A DNA stretch of 64,000 nucleotides, taken from sequence record MT939241.1; one strand, 5' to 3'. Shown piece by piece: positions 54,193 to 63,129 of the stretch (position 1 is its first letter; every line of letters begins with the position of its first letter). The stretch is from Enterococcus phage 9183. The translations under genes were made by a program, and so were the position numbers. A model generated the notes under the pieces. That model saw nothing but the letters and a program-made list of their open reading frames with translations. It did not search any database and was not told where the DNA came from.

Positions 54193-55372
54193 TTTTATGA
54201 TTTTCTAACCAAGCACGAATTTCAGTTGCTTGTTTTTTCTTTTCTTCATCTTCGTCGTCAGTAGGTTTAGCTTCTTCAGCAGGTTTTTGATCGACGGGTT
54301 TAGCAGCTTCTTCAGTTGGTTTCTCAACTGGTTTTTCGTCTGCAGGTTTAGCCTCAGGAGCGGCTTCTTCAGTAGGTTTAGTATCTTCATCAACTTCTGG
54401 AGCTTTTTCCTCAGCTGGTTTTTCTTCAGCTCTTGTTTCTTCTCCTTCTTTAGGAGCAGGTTGTTCATCAGCAGGTTTTTCTTCAGCTGGTTGACCTTCA
54501 ACAGGTTTAGCTTCAGTTGTTACTTCTTCACGAACTTCTTCGCCAGGTTGAGCAGTTTCAGCAGGCGGAGTCATTTGATCAGCAGGCAATGCAGGTACTT
54601 GAGCGGAAGCAACTTGTTGTACTTGCTCCATAACTTGCTTAGCCATTTCTAATCCTTCGAAAGCTGACTTATCAACGATTTCTTGAAGTAATTTATTTGT
54701 TTCTGCTTGATTCATTGCAAGAGTTGAAATAGCATCGTAAACCATTTTAGGTGTTACTTCTTGTTCGTTGTTCATACTATTTCCTCCAATTAATGATCGT
54801 AACTCATTATCTTTAGTTTCGATTTCAGGAACTTCTACATCAGCAACTTCAATTCCTCGAGCCTCCAACAATGTTGTAGGATAAGCTGGAGTTTTTAAAG
54901 CAGAGATTTCATATAGTTCAATTTCATGTATCGTACGTAAAGGCATCCCATCAGAGGCTAAGCTCCAATTTTCATCCAATACTTTCATACCAAAAGACAA
55001 ACCTTTAATGATTCCGTCTCTTACTAATACATATAGATCTTTACCAAAACTAGTTTCAGAAATCTTAGCGTCGAAGTAAAGTCCTACTTCATCTTCTTCT
55101 AAAAATAGTGAATCATTTTCAGTTGAGGCTAAAATTTTCTTTGTGTCGTGATCGACCAAAAGGTCAATCGATTCTTTTAAGCGTCTTGCTTTAGCAATAG
55201 CTTTTTGGAAAGTGCCTGGTGCGATAACTTCACGCCATTTTTTCTTTCCTTCTTTACCGAGAATATGACTAGCTGCATCAGTAGCAACATAACCATGTAA
55301 TCTTAGACCATCAATCTCCTCCAAATCAGGATTGAGTTCGAGGTCAAGAGCTCTTAACTCGATTTCCTTCAA
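54164..55372 (-). CDS. prohead serine protease (HK97 family) with C-terminal Pro/Glu/Lys/Ala-rich low-complexity domain (scaffold-like)
   Basis: N-terminus resembles an S78 protease (HGYVATD...DHD). The C-terminus is PAEEKPADEQPAPKEGEE.... Confidence 0.7.
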   Translation of the reverse strand: MKEIELRALDLELNPDLEEIDGLRLHGYVATDAASHILGKEGKKKWREVIAPGTFQKAIAKARRLKESIDLLVDHDTKKILASTENDSLFLEEDEVGLYFDAKISETSFGKDLYVLVRDGIIKGLSFGMKVLDENWSLASDGMPLRTIHEIELYEISALKTPAYPTTLLEARGIEVADVEVPEIETKDNELRSLIGGNSMNNEQEVTPKMVYDAISTLAMNQAETNKLLQEIVDKSAFEGLEMAKQVMEQVQQVASAQVPALPADQMTPPAETAQPGEEVREEVTTEAKPVEGQPAEEKPADEQPAPKEGEETRAEEKPAEEKAPEVDEDTKPTEEAAPEAKPADEKPVEKPTEEAAKPVDQKPAEEAKPTDDEDEEKKKQATEIRAWLENHKIVEVPEHGN

Positions 55373-55386
55373 GATGTATCACTCCT

Positions 55387-56664
55387 TTATGTTTCTTTTT
55401 CAGCAGCTTCAACTTTAGCAGCCGCTGCACTATCCATCGTATTCGGAACAATAAATTTATCTTCACTAGGACGATAAAGAACTGAACCCAAACTAAATTT
55501 ATAGAAATCAGGAATCTCTGTGTTTGATCTATCGATTTCTGCGCGTGCTTCGTAGAATGAAATTAAGTTTCCATCGAAGGCAGCTGAAACTGCTTCTGTC
55601 TTTTCTTTCATTGTAAGTTGCACAAGTTTAGTTGTATCCATTTTAAATGAATATCCTTCGTCTTTCTCCTCTTCAAGAAGTAGTTGTTTATTTACCGAAT
55701 TTTCGATAGCTGAAACGATTGGGTTGATACATTGCTGTAGGAAAGCAATGTTTCCTTGTTCACTTGAACCATATTTGTTAGCATCAGCACTAATCATAAA
55801 TTCTGGAATGTTAAAGATTTGTGAAATAGCACGAGTAATGTATGCTCTTAAATCTTTCATTTGGAGTTTTTCAGGATCTAAAGAAACTGGAGAATATTGT
55901 AAACCTTCTTCTAAGATAATGGTTTTACCAGCATTTTCTGAACCTGCATACAAGTTCGAAAACGAACTCTTCAAATTCATAAATGCTTTTTCACTAAGTT
56001 TCTTCTCTGTCTGAAGCACAGCAATAGGTGCTGATCCATTCTTCATTACAGCTTTAGAAAATGCTTGTTCTGCTAAGGCTAAGCGAAGCAAGTCTTCATT
56101 TTGTTTTAGGACGCCTCGTCCTGTCAGGCCATCTTTTGAATCACGAAGAACTGTTAATAATTGCCATGAATCGAATGTTCTCGATCCACCGAAATCATTA
56201 ATCGTTGTTCGGGCGAATTTCTTATAAACGTCTCTCGCAAAAACTTGTGTTGTAATCTTTTTACTTTCCAAGAGATAAAGAGCTTTAATAGTGTTTAAAT
56301 TTCTTTCGATTACAGAATTAGAAACTCCGTAAAGTAAATAGTCACGTGCAAGTGCGCGTTTAAAAGTATATGCATCCATATTTTCGTTAGGTTGTTTATT
56401 TAAAATTCGTAAACGATTATCGTCATGTTGACGAACAACCTCACCTGTTTCAGGATTTCGTTTCACCAGATCAAAAGGTAATTGCCCAATCGCTGACGTG
56501 ATTAAGTCAACAGCTGAAGCAATGGCAGGAATGGAAAGCGCTTCTTCCTCGGTAATGGCAGTTTCTCCACCAAAGAAAGAAGAAAGGGCAGTTTGACCAT
56601 AGCTTACTGAATTACCAGCAATTGGTCCTTGGTTTTCTTTTTTGAACATATCAAATAAGCCCAA
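55387..56664 (-). CDS. portal protein
   Basis: 425 aa, located between the terminase and the protease. Confidence 0.7.
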   Translation of the reverse strand: MGLFDMFKKENQGPIAGNSVSYGQTALSSFFGGETAITEEEALSIPAIASAVDLITSAIGQLPFDLVKRNPETGEVVRQHDDNRLRILNKQPNENMDAYTFKRALARDYLLYGVSNSVIERNLNTIKALYLLESKKITTQVFARDVYKKFARTTINDFGGSRTFDSWQLLTVLRDSKDGLTGRGVLKQNEDLLRLALAEQAFSKAVMKNGSAPIAVLQTEKKLSEKAFMNLKSSFSNLYAGSENAGKTIILEEGLQYSPVSLDPEKLQMKDLRAYITRAISQIFNIPEFMISADANKYGSSEQGNIAFLQQCINPIVSAIENSVNKQLLLEEEKDEGYSFKMDTTKLVQLTMKEKTEAVSAAFDGNLISFYEARAEIDRSNTEIPDFYKFSLGSVLYRPSEDKFIVPNTMDSAAAAKVEAAEKET

Positions 56665-56676
56665 TTTGCTACCTCC

Positions 56677-58389
56677 CTATAAAATATATAATCCTCGGTT
56701 TTCATAAGAACTTTTGCCTTCGTCTAATTCTGTTTGCCATAAGGTCACAGCATCAATCGTTGCGGCAAGCATATCTATTTTACCATTGGATTTTTTCTTA
56801 TTTACGTAACTATTTAAATTAGTATCAAATACTTCACGAGCATTTGCTACATTTCGTTCAAATAGACTGTTTGGTTCATAACCAACTTTTTGTTGGATAA
56901 CATACTCTTTAAATAATTTCGTAGGAGCGTGTAAAACACTAGAATGCTGCTTAACTTCAATAACGTCAAGACCACCTTCATCGTTCCATCTATTTACTGA
57001 AGAAATAGCATTATACTTATCATAACCAATTCCAAGTATTTTTACACCATATTCTTTTTCAATATTTAATACGAAATTTTCTATAAAGCGATATGAAACA
57101 ATTCTATCGCCACATGCAAATGCATATCCGTTTTCAATCATCATACGATAATCAATTTTTTCAATCTTGCTTTTTTGTTCAATATTTTCTCCAGGAATAA
57201 ATGCCCAACTTTTAACATAGAACTTATCCTCGTAGAAATCATAATGAACCATAGAGACAGCAGTGTTATCATCTGACATCGCTAAGTCGACGCCAAGATA
57301 CACTTCTTTACCTTCCCAGTCATAAGGACCGTCGAGTTTGTTTTTGCGCAAGTCTTCCGTACTAATGTAAACCTCAGAATCATCACCATCAACGAAGATG
57401 TTCATGTGCTTTGTCTTAAAGTTCTTCTGAGCGGATGGTACTTCTAGTGCTTTCTTACGTTGCTCTTTCAGGTAATCGAAGTTTGCCTCAATATCTATAG
57501 CAAGTGGATTAGCTTTTAGCAATTCATTATCGTCAGTCCATTTTTTATTATCATCAGGACGGTATAACATTGCAAATAACTTATCGTCATCAACTTGTCC
57601 ATGAATAACCTTAGTAGCATAATCAACTTCTTCAGTCATCGGATTATTTAATGATTCATAAGCAGTGGAAATTAAGATTCCAGTACGATTGACCATGTTC
57701 ATCTGAGAAGACTTCATGGCATCAATCGGATAACGAGTTCTTAAAGCTCCAACTTCATCCGCAACGAACACATTGGCTTTACGACCATCCATACGGTTTT
57801 CTGACGTTGCTAATGGAACAAATTTACTTTTAGTTAGTAAACAACGTACTTCACCGCGAACGATTTTGAAGTGCTTACTAATTAGAGGACTCTTTTCAAT
57901 TTGTTGCTCCATTTCTTTTTTAACGATAGATGATAGTTCTCTATCGGGAGCGACAGAGTAAAACTCTGAATACTCAGGTTCGATAAGTAACAATAGGATA
58001 AATAGTAAAGCGACCAAGAATGTTTTACCACTCTTACGTCCAATTAATAAAATAGATTGTTCGTATCTTCGCTTTTCATGATTATCTTTATACTTCCAAC
58101 ATAAAACATTCATAATGAAGAACCATTGGAAAGGAGCCAATGAATCATGAACAGGTAAACCTTGACGAATACCTGACGCCATGTTGATCAGCTTCGTTAA
58201 GTTAGTAATCTTTTTCGCTAACTCAACATCAAAGAAGTAAGAAAAGTTAGGATTGTCCTCTTGTTTCAAATCTTCTAAGAATGATTCGCAAATTTGATGA
58301 ATATCTTTGTTTGTTGGAAAATTATCATCTATAACATCGACGGCATATTTATAAGCAGGATGGTCTTTAAACCAATCGCTCATAATCAT
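56677..58389 (-). CDS. terminase large subunit
   Basis: 570 aa. N-terminal ATPase followed by a C-terminal nuclease layout. Confidence 0.8.
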   Translation of the reverse strand: MIMSDWFKDHPAYKYAVDVIDDNFPTNKDIHQICESFLEDLKQEDNPNFSYFFDVELAKKITNLTKLINMASGIRQGLPVHDSLAPFQWFFIMNVLCWKYKDNHEKRRYEQSILLIGRKSGKTFLVALLFILLLLIEPEYSEFYSVAPDRELSSIVKKEMEQQIEKSPLISKHFKIVRGEVRCLLTKSKFVPLATSENRMDGRKANVFVADEVGALRTRYPIDAMKSSQMNMVNRTGILISTAYESLNNPMTEEVDYATKVIHGQVDDDKLFAMLYRPDDNKKWTDDNELLKANPLAIDIEANFDYLKEQRKKALEVPSAQKNFKTKHMNIFVDGDDSEVYISTEDLRKNKLDGPYDWEGKEVYLGVDLAMSDDNTAVSMVHYDFYEDKFYVKSWAFIPGENIEQKSKIEKIDYRMMIENGYAFACGDRIVSYRFIENFVLNIEKEYGVKILGIGYDKYNAISSVNRWNDEGGLDVIEVKQHSSVLHAPTKLFKEYVIQQKVGYEPNSLFERNVANAREVFDTNLNSYVNKKKSNGKIDMLAATIDAVTLWQTELDEGKSSYENRGLYIL

Positions 58390-58450
58390 ACCTCCAATTA
58401 AATAAACTTAGAAAAATTGGTTTTCTAAACAGCAATTAATCTAAGTGATA

Positions 58451-58521
58451 CAGGCTACCAAGGATTCGAACCTTGACTAATGGTTTTGGAGACCATTGTG
58501 CTACCTTAACACTTGTAACCT
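58451..58521 (-). tRNA. tRNA-Trp (anticodon CCA)
   Basis: Manual fold. T-arm CAAGG-TTCGAAT-CCTTG, anticodon stem ATGGT/ACCAT with loop CTCCAAA, and a 7-bp acceptor containing one G-U pair. Boundaries are accurate to within 1 nt. Confidence 0.55.
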
Positions 58522-58651
58522 AAGGTACTCCGACTTTCGTCGGAGAGTTTATTTATGAAAAAACTTAGTAAATAAATAAATAAAAAGAAAAAAGAAAAAG
58601 GAAGTTATGACTAGAAAAAGGTGAATACACAGGTGAGTCTTTACGACTCAA

Positions 58652-58738
58652 CGGAAGCAGTAGGACTCGAACCCACAAGCCGACCAAACGACTAACCGCT
58701 TTCAATGCGGGTGCAGTACCAATTATGCTTATGCTTCC
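58652..58738 (-). tRNA. tRNA-Ser (anticodon TGA), type II with long variable arm
   Basis: Acceptor GGAAGCA/TGCTTCC, anticodon loop ATTGAAA, long variable arm stem AGTCG/CGGCT, and T-arm GTGGG-TTCGAGT-CCTAC. Confidence 0.7.
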
Positions 58739-58813
58739 TATATGTTAAGGAGGCTCAAAACCGAAACTCTCCTCCTAAGTTTTTTGACTACGCCGGTATC
58801 CAGTTTTCAAAGA

Positions 58814-59305
58814 TCAGTTTCTTAAAGCTTGTAGCAATGGATCCTCTTCCTCCTGTTTAGCTTCAACTTTCATTTGGCTTAAACTTGCCCTTGCTGAAGG
58901 AGATAATCCAAGCTGTGTACACAGTGCTCTATACTGACTTAAATATGCTAGTTTAGTTTTTACCATTGGGTGTTCTTTTGGAATTGAGTTTCCAAATTTG
59001 TCATACGTATCATACTTGATTCCTTCTAATGCCAAGATTTCATCAGCCTGTTTCATTTTAGATAAACAGTCGGCTGTTTGTGAAAGAATAGGAACGTCTA
59101 AATTTGATAAGAAATTAGATTCACTAAATTCGTTAATTAAAAATTCATAATATTCTTTTGCATACTCGTCGAGATCATCAGGTACGATCCAAACTAAATT
59201 ATCGTTTCCTGCCATTTGTTCTTCGACTTCAGCACGTTCATTTAAAGATTCTTGTGTTTCGCTTTTTCCTGCTTTAACTATTGCAGGTTTTCTGGGACGA
59301 CCCAT
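58814..59305 (-). CDS. terminase small subunit
   Basis: 163 aa. Position and P27-like composition support the call. Confidence 0.55.
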   Translation of the reverse strand: MGRPRKPAIVKAGKSETQESLNERAEVEEQMAGNDNLVWIVPDDLDEYAKEYYEFLINEFSESNFLSNLDVPILSQTADCLSKMKQADEILALEGIKYDTYDKFGNSIPKEHPMVKTKLAYLSQYRALCTQLGLSPSARASLSQMKVEAKQEEEDPLLQALRN

Positions 59306-59307
59306 AA

Positions 59308-59919
59308 TTATATCACCTCTTTCATTGGATAAACTCTTTTCATTATGTAATCATGATAAGGTTTTTCTTCCAATGAATATCTTTTTACACAAGGATAGGA
59401 AATGTTTAAACCTTCAGCAGCTTCAATCATGCTATCGTATATAGTAACTTTTTTAGTTTTAATATTTGTTACTTCTATTTTTTTCGATTGTGAATTTTTA
59501 CCGCCTTTATGTTTGCCAATATTTCCTTCTTTAATTTTTAACTTTGTATCTTCATTTAATTTTGAACCTTTTCTAGCTTTTGACATTCTTTCTTTAGCTT
59601 CCTTACTATGAGTCTTTCCAAAGAAACCATTATTTTCTCCAAAAGCTTTATAACCAAAGGCTTTATTTAATAAATTATAATTTTCATTATCTTTATTATC
59701 TAATGAATATTTTGTTTCAAAATCATAAGCTTCTTTTCTATCATCAAACATCTTAACGATATTTACTTTCAATAGATCTAAATCTTTAACGATATTTTTA
59801 TAATCGTCATTTCTTTGTTTAAAATCAAAAGCTCTTGATATTGTGCCGCTTCCAATATATATAATTTCTTCATTATATATATGTTCATATACTACATAGG
59901 TTTTTGCTTTTATGATCAT
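59308..59919 (-). CDS. GIY-YIG homing endonuclease (free-standing) with C-terminal NUMOD-like DNA-binding repeats
   Basis: YVVYEHI...IYIGSG. Confidence 0.65.
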   Translation of the reverse strand: MIIKAKTYVVYEHIYNEEIIYIGSGTISRAFDFKQRNDDYKNIVKDLDLLKVNIVKMFDDRKEAYDFETKYSLDNKDNENYNLLNKAFGYKAFGENNGFFGKTHSKEAKERMSKARKGSKLNEDTKLKIKEGNIGKHKGGKNSQSKKIEVTNIKTKKVTIYDSMIEAAEGLNISYPCVKRYSLEEKPYHDYIMKRVYPMKEVI

Positions 59920-60338
59920 AGCTTAAATTCGTCCTCCTCTTTTAAAGAAGGTACTTGCCATTCGAAGTCCAATTTATCATCTATTCCTAACTGAACGTTA
60001 CACGTTTTACATAATGTAATTGTGTTATTGTAATCATACATAAGATGAGGAAAATGAATTCTACTTTTAATGTGGTGAACTTGTAATTCATCGCCATTAA
60101 TAATTCCATATTTAATGTAGCAACGTTGACACATATGATCATCACGATCAATGATACGTAATCTAAATCGTTGCCATTTCTTACTCATTAAAGGAGCAAG
60201 TGTTTCCTTATTCTTTTGATAATATTGTCTACGTTTAGCATTTCGAATTTCTCGATTCTTTTCCATACCTGGGCATTTATGATCAGGACCAGCAATTTTT
60301 CCACAGTATTTACATACATATTTCCTTGTCGTCATCAA
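59916..60338 (-). CDS. HNH endonuclease
   Basis: Cys pairs CKYCG and CQRC, and HHIKSR...N.T.LC..CN. Confidence 0.7.
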   Translation of the reverse strand: MMTTRKYVCKYCGKIAGPDHKCPGMEKNREIRNAKRRQYYQKNKETLAPLMSKKWQRFRLRIIDRDDHMCQRCYIKYGIINGDELQVHHIKSRIHFPHLMYDYNNTITLCKTCNVQLGIDDKLDFEWQVPSLKEEDEFKL

Positions 60339-60468
60339 TGATCAACTCCCAGTTTATTTCCTCGTCAGTCTCATCTAATAAAATAGAATGACCACAATTA
60401 GGACATTCATCATTAATAGAATAGTCAATAGGAAAATCGCAGTTGGGACATACAATAATATTTTCCAT
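60310..60468 (-). CDS. small zinc-ribbon protein (about 52 aa)
   Basis: ATG after AGGAG. CPNC...CPNCGH. Overlaps the start of the HNH gene. Not in the track. Confidence 0.35.
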   Translation of the reverse strand: MENIIVCPNCDFPIDYSINDECPNCGHSILLDETDEEINWELIIDDDKEICM

Positions 60469-60497
60469 AAGCTAAACTCCTAAAGTTTAACTCTTTA

Positions 60498-60516
60498 TCT
60501 CTATAATATATAGCCA
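60498..60516 (-). promoter_or_regulatory. candidate late promoter motif TGGCTATATATTATAGAGA, copy 2 (upstream of packaging operon)
   Basis: Identical 19-mer to 49445-49463, about 30 nt upstream of the start codon. An A-run lies upstream. Confidence 0.45.
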
Positions 60517-60577
60517 TTGTAACTTCATTTTTTTATATATATTGATGAAGTTTTTTCATTTTTTCTTTAAAAAACTA

Positions 60578-60606
60578 TATACATATACATGTAGAAAGTA
60601 TATAAT
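60578..60606 (+). promoter_or_regulatory. promoter (TATACA-N17-TATAAT) with conserved leader ataatcaataaacaaa (copy C)
   Basis: The leader is shared with 5129-5150 and 29869-29890. Confidence 0.45.
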
Positions 60607-60653
60607 ATAAATATAATCAATAAACAAATAAAAAACGAAAGAGGTAAAATCAA

Positions 60654-60911
60654 ATGAGAAAAACTTTATTATCATTAAACATTGACGGAGCATTCTGTGA
60701 TATTGATGTAATCTTCGAAGAAGGTAACGAACAAGAAACTTATTTAGAAATGGTCGACGAAATGGGGGATTCCTTTTACATTAACGCTGGTGAGAAAAAT
60801 GAAGAAGTAGGAATCGAGTTCATAAACATCTATAATGATGCTTACGCAGGAAGTTGGACAGCTCATTTAAACATCAACGGAATGGAAATGAAATTTTACT
60901 TGGAGGACTAA
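60654..60911 (+). CDS. hypothetical protein
   Basis: 85-aa ORF with RBS AAGAGG. Confidence 0.5.
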   Translation: MRKTLLSLNIDGAFCDIDVIFEEGNEQETYLEMVDEMGDSFYINAGEKNEEVGIEFINIYNDAYAGSWTAHLNINGMEMKFYLED

Positions 60912-60912
60912 T

Positions 60913-61356
60913 ATGTTCGTAATTAAAAAAGATTACGACAATGTCATTAAGAGAAACCTCGAACTCAAGGAAACGATTCGAGGTCTCCAAAATGACGTCG
61001 TAAGAATCACAAGACAAAAAGAAGCTGCCTATAAAGATGTTAGTCTTTATCGTCGAGGTTGTGAAAAGATATCTAATGACTTACAGGCAATCTCATCGGA
61101 TCTTAATAAGGAAATAGATAATCTTAAGGAAAAACTTGAGAACGCGAATAACATTTCTTTAAGAGGAAAAGATCTTTACGTAATTCATTATTACGACTCT
61201 AAAGATAGAATGTATCGTTCTTTTAATGTTCTTACTACTTCACAAAGAAAAGCAATCTTATGTTTTCGTAAGAATAAACCTAAGAACATTGCAGACATAG
61301 AAGATATCGTCGTGATGTCTGACATTATTATTTATGAAGGAGAGGATGACAAATGA
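60913..61356 (+). CDS. hypothetical coiled-coil protein
   Basis: 147-aa ORF. Confidence 0.5.
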   Translation: MFVIKKDYDNVIKRNLELKETIRGLQNDVVRITRQKEAAYKDVSLYRRGCEKISNDLQAISSDLNKEIDNLKEKLENANNISLRGKDLYVIHYYDSKDRMYRSFNVLTTSQRKAILCFRKNKPKNIADIEDIVVMSDIIIYEGEDDK

Positions 61357-61730
61357 AAATTGTCGAAGGTGATACATTAATAGGAAGGAAATCTAATTGG
61401 GATGTAGGAATCACAAAAGGAGATCTTTACTTAGTGGAGAAAGATGTGTATGGTCTTTACATTAGTCTTGGATATTCTTATCTTTACTTTGAAGGAAATG
61501 AACAAGTGTTTGACGAACTTCTTAAGAAGATTAATGATATGAATAGTCCTAGAGAGTTATATGCTGTAATCTTCATAGAAGATGGAACTTCTTTTCTATT
61601 AGGTGCTTATACTTCATTAGGAAAAGCTAGAGGGTCTATGTCTAATTCAATGCGGCAACATAAGTTACGAGTAGGTGCTCGTGAAAGAGAGTATCATATA
61701 AAACGATATGTATCGGAGGACTATGTATGA
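61353..61730 (+). CDS. hypothetical protein
   Basis: 125-aa ORF. Confidence 0.5.
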   Translation: MKIVEGDTLIGRKSNWDVGITKGDLYLVEKDVYGLYISLGYSYLYFEGNEQVFDELLKKINDMNSPRELYAVIFIEDGTSFLLGAYTSLGKARGSMSNSMRQHKLRVGAREREYHIKRYVSEDYV

Positions 61731-61918
61731 AAGTAGGAACGAAAGTAAAAATTCTTCGTGAACTCGATGATGTTTATTGTAAAGATTGTGAAGGAGTAAT
61801 TATTTCAATAAACCAATATGGAGGAGAAATTCTTATCTTTAAAGTTGAATTTATTAATAATAAAGGAGAAAAAGATGTTTGTCTCTTTTTTGATCAAGAA
61901 TTGGAGGAGTTAAAATGA
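61727..61918 (+). CDS. hypothetical protein
   Basis: 63-aa ORF. Confidence 0.4.
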   Translation: MKVGTKVKILRELDDVYCKDCEGVIISINQYGGEILIFKVEFINNKGEKDVCLFFDQELEELK

Positions 61919-62196
61919 AAATCGTAAAAGCAACATTTTGTATAATCTTATTAGTAATGTCTAACATCGTACCTTTCTTAGGACCTCTTTTAATGTTGGT
62001 TATCATTATGGGAGTCTATGGTCATAGTGCAAAGAAAGAGATGTTACGAATGATGGAGGACGACGATCCTAGTCGTCTCATCGAATTTAAAGTTCGTTAT
62101 CGTCGTATGAAATACATTCATCTTAATGAAGAAATGAGAATTAAATGTGAAGAAACAATTGATCGTTGGGAAAGAATGAAATTAGCTAACGCATAA
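61915..62196 (+). CDS. small membrane protein
   Basis: 93-aa ORF with 2 TM. Confidence 0.45.
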   Translation: MKIVKATFCIILLVMSNIVPFLGPLLMLVIIMGVYGHSAKKEMLRMMEDDDPSRLIEFKVRYRRMKYIHLNEEMRIKCEETIDRWERMKLANA

Positions 62197-62224
62197 ATAA
62201 ATATGAAGACAAGGAGAAATAGTA

Positions 62225-63097
62225 ATGACAGAAGAAATGAAAAGAACTGCTAACCTTAGACATGGAAAAGGTAGAAGAAATTTCCGTTGTGTAATTGGAG
62301 AAGATAGATATGACGGACGTTGGCTTCGCTTTAATGTGGATGGAACGATTACGCGTGTACAGAAATCAAGTCGTGCTACGATTTTCTCTTCAATCCAAGC
62401 TGCAGAGAAAGCTATGGAAAATTATGGGGTAGAAGATTTTGGTTTAACATTCTTTCCTGTGACCAATTATAGTGGATTTACTTCAGCGAATCGTAACCAA
62501 GGTAGAGAACGATTACCTCAAATTATCATTGATGAAATAAGCAGTGAGACTGTGAAAGAGTGGATTTGGCAAGATCCTACATTTTCATTGAACGATTTAG
62601 AGGATGAATACATTGTGAAACATAGTAGAGAATTAAAGAGCGAAATCATTACAAAAATTAGTAAGTTGATTGATGTTCATCAAGTCGCAGACTATTTCTA
62701 CGCAAAGTCTAAAAGTAGCACGGATTCTAATATAGAATATTTGAAGGCGCATGAATGCCAAGGATGTAACATTTGCGATGAAATCCAGGAGATGGCAGCT
62801 TTCCTGGATCGTAAGGAAATGTCGAAATTCTTCCATGTGATTACTCTCCAAGATACGAATCGTAAAGAAAGATATGACACAGATGACATTGAGGAATTGG
62901 CACATATGTATAAAGATTTCGTTCCTCTTCGCTTATCGGGTTATAGTATGAAAACGATAGGTAAGTTTTACGGTCTTTCGGAAGATGAGCATCGTGCATT
63001 CTTCGATAGGTTGGCAAATAGCTCCTATCACGAAGTCATAGGACGAAATAAGCGAGGACTTAAACGAGGAGACAAAAGAACTTTAGTTGAAACGTAA
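62225..63097 (+). CDS. hypothetical protein
   Basis: 290-aa ORF with RBS AAGGAG. Confidence 0.55.
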   Translation: MTEEMKRTANLRHGKGRRNFRCVIGEDRYDGRWLRFNVDGTITRVQKSSRATIFSSIQAAEKAMENYGVEDFGLTFFPVTNYSGFTSANRNQGRERLPQIIIDEISSETVKEWIWQDPTFSLNDLEDEYIVKHSRELKSEIITKISKLIDVHQVADYFYAKSKSSTDSNIEYLKAHECQGCNICDEIQEMAAFLDRKEMSKFFHVITLQDTNRKERYDTDDIEELAHMYKDFVPLRLSGYSMKTIGKFYGLSEDEHRAFFDRLANSSYHEVIGRNKRGLKRGDKRTLVET

Positions 63098-63122
63098 GCC
63101 ATTAAGGTTTACGTTTTTTATA
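63090..63122 (+). terminator. intrinsic terminator
   Basis: Hairpin aaacgtaagcc...ggtttacgttt followed by a T-run. Confidence 0.55.
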
Positions 63123-63129
63123 TTTTTAG

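Noticed and set aside
54230-54652. Plus-strand 140-aa ORF and minus-strand 98-aa ORF (54205-54501) inside the protease gene
   Set aside because: They arise from alternate frames of the PAEEK low-complexity repeat. They have F/S-rich or K-rich nonsense composition and no start signals.
58529-58546. GC-rich hairpin ctccgactttcgtcggag next to tRNA-Trp as a plus-strand terminator
   Set aside because: No plus-strand gene reads into it. It is more plausibly a tRNA processing or minus-strand element and is left unassigned.
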